A DNA stretch of 64,000 bases from Bacteroidia bacterium (lineage in GTDB: Bacteria > Bacteroidota > Bacteroidia > UKL13-3), in assembly GCA_046296495.1 (NCBI GenBank), contig JBKBLB010000002.1:22590-86589 (forward strand), written 5' to 3'. Below, piece after piece: positions 59,952 through 64,000 of this stretch (position 1 is the stretch's first letter; each line of letters starts with the position of its first letter). Position numbers and translations under genes: made by a program. A model generated the notes under the pieces. The model saw only the letters and a program-made list of their open reading frames with translations, ran no database searches and was not told the origin of the DNA.

Positions 59952-60724
59952 TAAAAAACAAGTTGTAAACCATCGAATGCAAGGTGTATGTTGGGCGGCA
60001 GGCTTGCTTCAACTTCATTATACAAACCCAACTGGTGACTGATATGGGTAAAGTATGCTTTTTTAGGTTGTATGCGATTTACAATTTCAATGGCTTCTTT
60101 TAAAGTAAAATGCGAAATATGGTATTCGTGTCGCAAAGCGTTTAATACCAAAACATCGCAGCCTTTTATTTTTTCAAATTCTTCTTCGGGAATAAGATTT
60201 GCATCGGTTATATAAACAAATTTATTTACCCTAAAGCCCAAAACAGGTAATTTGTGGTGAAAAACCCTAATGGGAATAATATCCGTATCGAATAAAGAAA
60301 ATTTATTTTCATCAATTTGGTGAATAATCATCTCTGGAACTCCCGGATATTTAGGTTCTTGAAAAGCATAGTAAAACTCTCTGCGAATGGCATTTTCTAC
60401 AATTGGTTCGCAATAAACATCAATAGCTTTTTTCATTACATAGTTAAAGCCGCGTATATCATCTAAGCCGGCAACATGGTCGCGGTGCGAGTGTGTAAAT
60501 AAAATAGCATCAAGTTGTGATACCTTGTATGTAAGCATTTGCTGCCTAAAATCAGGCCCTGTATCAACAACTATGTTTTTGCCATTAATTTCAATTAATA
60601 TGCTTGAACGAAGCCGCTTGTCTTTTTCATTGTCAGAGCGACAAATCTTACAACTACATGCAATTATGGGTACACCTTGCGATGTACCGGTTCCTAAAAA
60701 AGTTACTTTCATCAATGGCAACAA
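59951..60724 (-). CDS. MBL-fold metallo-hydrolase (PhnP-like)
   Basis: FLGTGTSQGVP...CSCKIC, then the HSHRDH Zn motif. Confidence 0.7.
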   Translation of the reverse strand: MLPLMKVTFLGTGTSQGVPIIACSCKICRSDNEKDKRLRSSILIEINGKNIVVDTGPDFRQQMLTYKVSQLDAILFTHSHRDHVAGLDDIRGFNYVMKKAIDVYCEPIVENAIRREFYYAFQEPKYPGVPEMIIHQIDENKFSLFDTDIIPIRVFHHKLPVLGFRVNKFVYITDANLIPEEEFEKIKGCDVLVLNALRHEYHISHFTLKEAIEIVNRIQPKKAYFTHISHQLGLYNEVEASLPPNIHLAFDGLQLVF

Positions 60725-60760
60725 ATTACTTATTTTTGAAACAAATAAATCTTAAAAAAT

Positions 60761-61198
60761 ATGAAGCTCAAATTATTTTACTTGCCTTTAATAGCTGTTT
60801 TATTGATGAACCTAAATGCGTGCTCGCAAAATAATAATAAACAAAACAAATCGGTTCAAACAAGTGTAACCGGAATTTCGGAACTGCTTAGCCCCGCAGA
60901 TTTTGCAGCTAAAATGAAAGAAAACCCGGGTATTTTAATTGATGTTCGTACACCACAAGAAACCAAAAAAGGTGTAATACCCAATGCACGTTTACTTAAT
61001 ATGTTTGATGATAATTTTGAAAATGAAATAAATAAACTTGACAAAAGCCAAACATATTATGTGTATTGTGCTTCGGGCGGTAGAAGTTCAGAAACAGCTG
61101 AAATGATGATAAAAAAAGGTTTTAAACATGTTGTTGACCTTGAAGGTGGCTACACTCGCTGGGTTAAGGAATCATTACCTACTACTTTGCCAAACTAA
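60761..61198 (+). CDS. Rhodanese-domain lipoprotein
   Basis: Signal peptide and lipobox (LMNLNACSQ); rhodanese active site YCASGGRS. Confidence 0.75.
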   Translation: MKLKLFYLPLIAVLLMNLNACSQNNNKQNKSVQTSVTGISELLSPADFAAKMKENPGILIDVRTPQETKKGVIPNARLLNMFDDNFENEINKLDKSQTYYVYCASGGRSSETAEMMIKKGFKHVVDLEGGYTRWVKESLPTTLPN

Positions 61199-62007
61199 AC
61201 AGCAACATCATACTCTCTTAAAGCTTGATTTAGTGAAGTTTTTTTATCGGTACTTTCTTTGCGTTGGCCAATTATAAGTGCACATGGTACCTGGTAGGTT
61301 CCTGCACTAAAAGTTTTATTGTAAGTTCCGGGTATTACTACGCTTTTGGGCGGTACGTATCCTTTATATTCAACCGGGTTATTGCCTGTAACATCAATTA
61401 TTTTTGTACTTTGTGTTATGGTTACACCTGCACCTAAAACAGCTTCAGCGCCTATTCTTACACCTTCTACTACAATACATCTTGAACCAATAAAACAATT
61501 ATCTTCAATAATAACTGGTGCTGCCTGAACCGGCTCAAGCACACCGCCAATACCAACACCACCGCTTAAATGAACGTTTTTGCCAATTTGTGCGCAACTG
61601 CCAACTGTTGCCCATGTGTCAACCATTGTTCTTTCATCAACATAAGCCCCAATATTAACATAACTTGGCATTAATATTACGCCTTTGTTTATAAAACTTC
61701 CATAACGCGCAATGGCATGTGGTACAACACGAACTCCCAGAGTTTCGTAGTTATTTTTTAGTGGAATTTTATCATAAAATTCAAGTGGGCCTACGTTGTA
61801 AGTTTCCATTTTTCGTAACGGAAAATAAAGAATAACGGCTTTTTTCACCCATTCATTTACCTTCCAACCATCGGTAGTGGGTTCAGCCACACGCAAAATA
61901 CCTTCATCTAATTTTTTTATGGTTTGGTTAATGGCTTCAATGGTTTCAGGGCTATTTAATAAACTTCGGTTTTCCCATGCTTTTTCAATTAAATGTTTAT
62001 TTTCCAT
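61195..62007 (-). CDS. dapD: 2,3,4,5-tetrahydropyridine-2,6-dicarboxylate N-succinyltransferase
   Basis: 270 aa; hexapeptide-repeat LbH domain and DapD-type N-terminus. Confidence 0.85.
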   Translation of the reverse strand: MENKHLIEKAWENRSLLNSPETIEAINQTIKKLDEGILRVAEPTTDGWKVNEWVKKAVILYFPLRKMETYNVGPLEFYDKIPLKNNYETLGVRVVPHAIARYGSFINKGVILMPSYVNIGAYVDERTMVDTWATVGSCAQIGKNVHLSGGVGIGGVLEPVQAAPVIIEDNCFIGSRCIVVEGVRIGAEAVLGAGVTITQSTKIIDVTGNNPVEYKGYVPPKSVVIPGTYNKTFSAGTYQVPCALIIGQRKESTDKKTSLNQALREYDVAV

Positions 62008-62046
62008 TGTTGCAAAAAACCTAACATTGCACCACTTTTACAAATA

Positions 62047-62724
62047 ATGATTGAAGTAAATATTGAACCAAGTTGGAAATTACTTTTAAAAGAAGAATTT
62101 GAAAAGCCATACTTTTCGGCACTTGTGCAATTTGTAAAAAGCGAAAAACAACAAAGAAAAATTATTTATCCGCCAGGAAATAAAATATTCGAAGCCTTTG
62201 CCCAAACTTCGGTTGATGATTGTAAGGTTGTAATTTTAGGGCAAGACCCATATCATGGTCCAAATCAGGCTCATGGGCTTTGTTTTTCGGTTAATAATGG
62301 AATTGCATTTCCGCCTTCTTTGCAAAATATTTTTAAAGAACTAAGTAATGATATAGAGGGTTTTAAAATTCCGCAAAGCGGCAACTTAACAAACTGGGCA
62401 AAGCAAGGTGTTTTATTGTTGAACGCAACATTAACTGTTAGAGCCGGAGAGGCGGGTAGCCACCAAAACAAAGGCTGGGAAATATTTACCGATGCAGCTA
62501 TTGCAAAATTAGCTCAACAAAAAAATAACCTAGTATTTATGCTCTGGGGTAAGTATGCTCAAAGCAAAGAAAAATTGATACCTGTCCAAAAACATTTGAT
62601 ATTAAAAGCGCCACATCCTTCGCCATTGTCGGCACACAACGGATTTTTTGGATGCAGGCACTTTAGTTTATGCAATCAGTATTTAAAACAACACAACAAA
62701 ACAACCATTATTTGGCAATTGTAA
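62047..62724 (+). CDS. ung: Uracil-DNA glycosylase (family 1)
   Basis: GQDPYH, LLLN and HPSPLS motifs; start taken at MIEVNIEPSWK. Confidence 0.85.
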   Translation: MIEVNIEPSWKLLLKEEFEKPYFSALVQFVKSEKQQRKIIYPPGNKIFEAFAQTSVDDCKVVILGQDPYHGPNQAHGLCFSVNNGIAFPPSLQNIFKELSNDIEGFKIPQSGNLTNWAKQGVLLLNATLTVRAGEAGSHQNKGWEIFTDAAIAKLAQQKNNLVFMLWGKYAQSKEKLIPVQKHLILKAPHPSPLSAHNGFFGCRHFSLCNQYLKQHNKTTIIWQL

Positions 62725-62758
62725 TTAATGGTATTTTTTACTTAAAGTTGTACAATAA

Positions 62759-64000
62759 ATGAATGTAGTTTTAGCCACTCTAACACAAATAACCGAAAGC
62801 ATAAAAAGCGCTTTAAGTTCGTTGCAAAACAATAAACTAAGAAGTTTTTTAAGTACGCTTGGAATAACTATTGGCATATTTAGCATTATAATGGTGTTAA
62901 GTATTGTAAACTCTTTACAGAAAAACCTCGAAAACAGTGTTAATAGTCTTGGTAAAGATGTTGCATTTGTTGATAAATGGCCGTGGGAGTTTGGTTCAGA
63001 TTATAAATGGTGGAAATACATGAACCGCCCAAACCCAACCATATCAGAACTTAAAAAAATTGAAGAGAGAAGCGTTTTGGCAAAAGCAAGCGCATTAACT
63101 GTTGATATAAATCGCAAAACATTAAAATTTTTAAACCGTATTGCCGAAAATGCTTCAGGAGTTGGAGTTACCTATCAATACAATCAAATTAGAGAGTTGA
63201 ATTTTGGATTTGGAAGATATTTTACTGAAGATGAAGCCGCAAAAGGCGATTTTGTTGTAATTTTAGGTTATAATATTGCAGAAAATTTATTTCAGGCATT
63301 AAATCCAATTGACAGGTTTGTTATGATTAGTGGAAATAAGTTTAAGGTAATTGGTGTTCTTGCAAAAGAAGGTGAAAGCTTAATCAATAACAGCCTAGAT
63401 AACAGCTTTCTAATTCCGGCAAAAACGGCAGGAATGTTTTTAAGATTAAACAATCAGTTTGTAAATGCTCGCATACAAGTTAAAGCAAAAGACAATGTAA
63501 GCATAAACATGCTTTCGAACGAGCTTACAGGTATTATGAGAAGCATAAGAAAATTAGGACCTGCCGAAGAAGCTGATTTTTCAATTAACAAAACTACATT
63601 ACTTATAAAACCATTAAAATCGTTATTTAGTGTTGTAAATATGGCAGGTTGGGTAATAGGCGGTTTTGCCATGCTGGTAGGTGGATTTGGCATTGCCAAT
63701 ATTATGTTTGTAAGTGTAAAAGAACGAACACAACAAATTGGTATCCAAAAAAGCCTTGGCGCAAAGAATTATTTTATTTTAATTGAGTTTTTAACTGAGG
63801 CTGTTTTGCTTTGCCTTGTTGGTGGTATTATTGGTATTTGTATGGTTTATGGTATTACTGTTGCAGTAAAAAATGCCCTTGAAGTAAATTTGTTTTTAAG
63901 TAATCATAATATTATTATAGGTATTCTGGTTTCAGTTATAATTGGTATAATATCCGGTTTTATTCCGGCCTATACAGCAGCAAACCTAAACCCGGTAGAT
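62759..64000 (+). CDS. ABC transporter permease, FtsX/MacB-like (3' end beyond window)
   Basis: Open frame from the ATG at 62759 to the window end. It has an N-terminal TM helix, a large periplasmic domain and C-terminal FtsX-type TM helices (GGFGIANIMFVSVKERTQQIGIQKSLGA). Confidence 0.7.
   Translation, partial: MNVVLATLTQITESIKSALSSLQNNKLRSFLSTLGITIGIFSIIMVLSIVNSLQKNLENSVNSLGKDVAFVDKWPWEFGSDYKWWKYMNRPNPTISELKKIEERSVLAKASALTVDINRKTLKFLNRIAENASGVGVTYQYNQIRELNFGFGRYFTEDEAAKGDFVVILGYNIAENLFQALNPIDRFVMISGNKFKVIGVLAKEGESLINNSLDNSFLIPAKTAGMFLRLNNQFVNARIQVKAKDNVSINMLSNELTGIMRSIRKLGPAEEADFSINKTTLLIKPLKSLFSVVNMAGWVIGGFAMLVGGFGIANIMFVSVKERTQQIGIQKSLGAKNYFILIEFLTEAVLLCLVGGIIGICMVYGITVAVKNALEVNLFLSNHNIIIGILVSVIIGIISGFIPAYTAANLNPVD

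Noticed and set aside
1-64000. CRISPR arrays, rRNA operons, IS elements and prophage genes
   Set aside because: No direct-repeat/spacer periodicity was found, and no transposase-, integrase- or recombinase-like ORF. All intergenic gaps are ≤252 nt.

Overview
This is a low-GC (~33%) Bacteroidota chromosomal segment, probably a gliding member of Flavobacteriia or a relative: it has GldC, several proteins with type IX secretion (T9SS) C-terminal sorting domains, and genes that mostly lack Shine-Dalgarno sequences. I found about 70 protein genes and one tRNA-Arg(ACG). Most are housekeeping genes packed densely on both strands: map, speB-like, gatB, the rpsF-rpsR-rplI operon, dnaX, rpsA, pyrR-pyrB, trpS, alaS, fabD, lpxB, mnmA, rnr, folC, dapD and ung. 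I did not find rRNA, a CRISPR array, a transposase or integrase, or an obvious defence island. All calls rest on reading the translated ORFs by eye, with no database search.

The observations I would follow up first:
- A PhaE-like gene (13210..14514) carries a large low-complexity expansion with about 20% methionine. It sits beside a MaoC/PhaJ-like dehydratase and a 4-hydroxybutyrate CoA-transferase-like gene, but there is no phaC in the window.
- dnaX has an A10 tract at the domain III/IV boundary, and both shifted frames reach a stop codon immediately. This is a candidate tau/gamma slippage site.
- A second A10 tract sits at the 5' end of a tandem-domain PagL-like outer-membrane deacylase gene.
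- A thioredoxin-fold lipoprotein gene is split by a single in-frame TAG.
- gldC is embedded in a tightly packed five-gene unit: M23 peptidase, MerR, GldC, cupin, LOG.
- An ABC-F gene, an NFACT-R (DUF814) gene and an MBL-hydrolase gene are adjacent.
- An LpoB-like lipoprotein gene overlaps a large gene for an uncharacterised lipoprotein.
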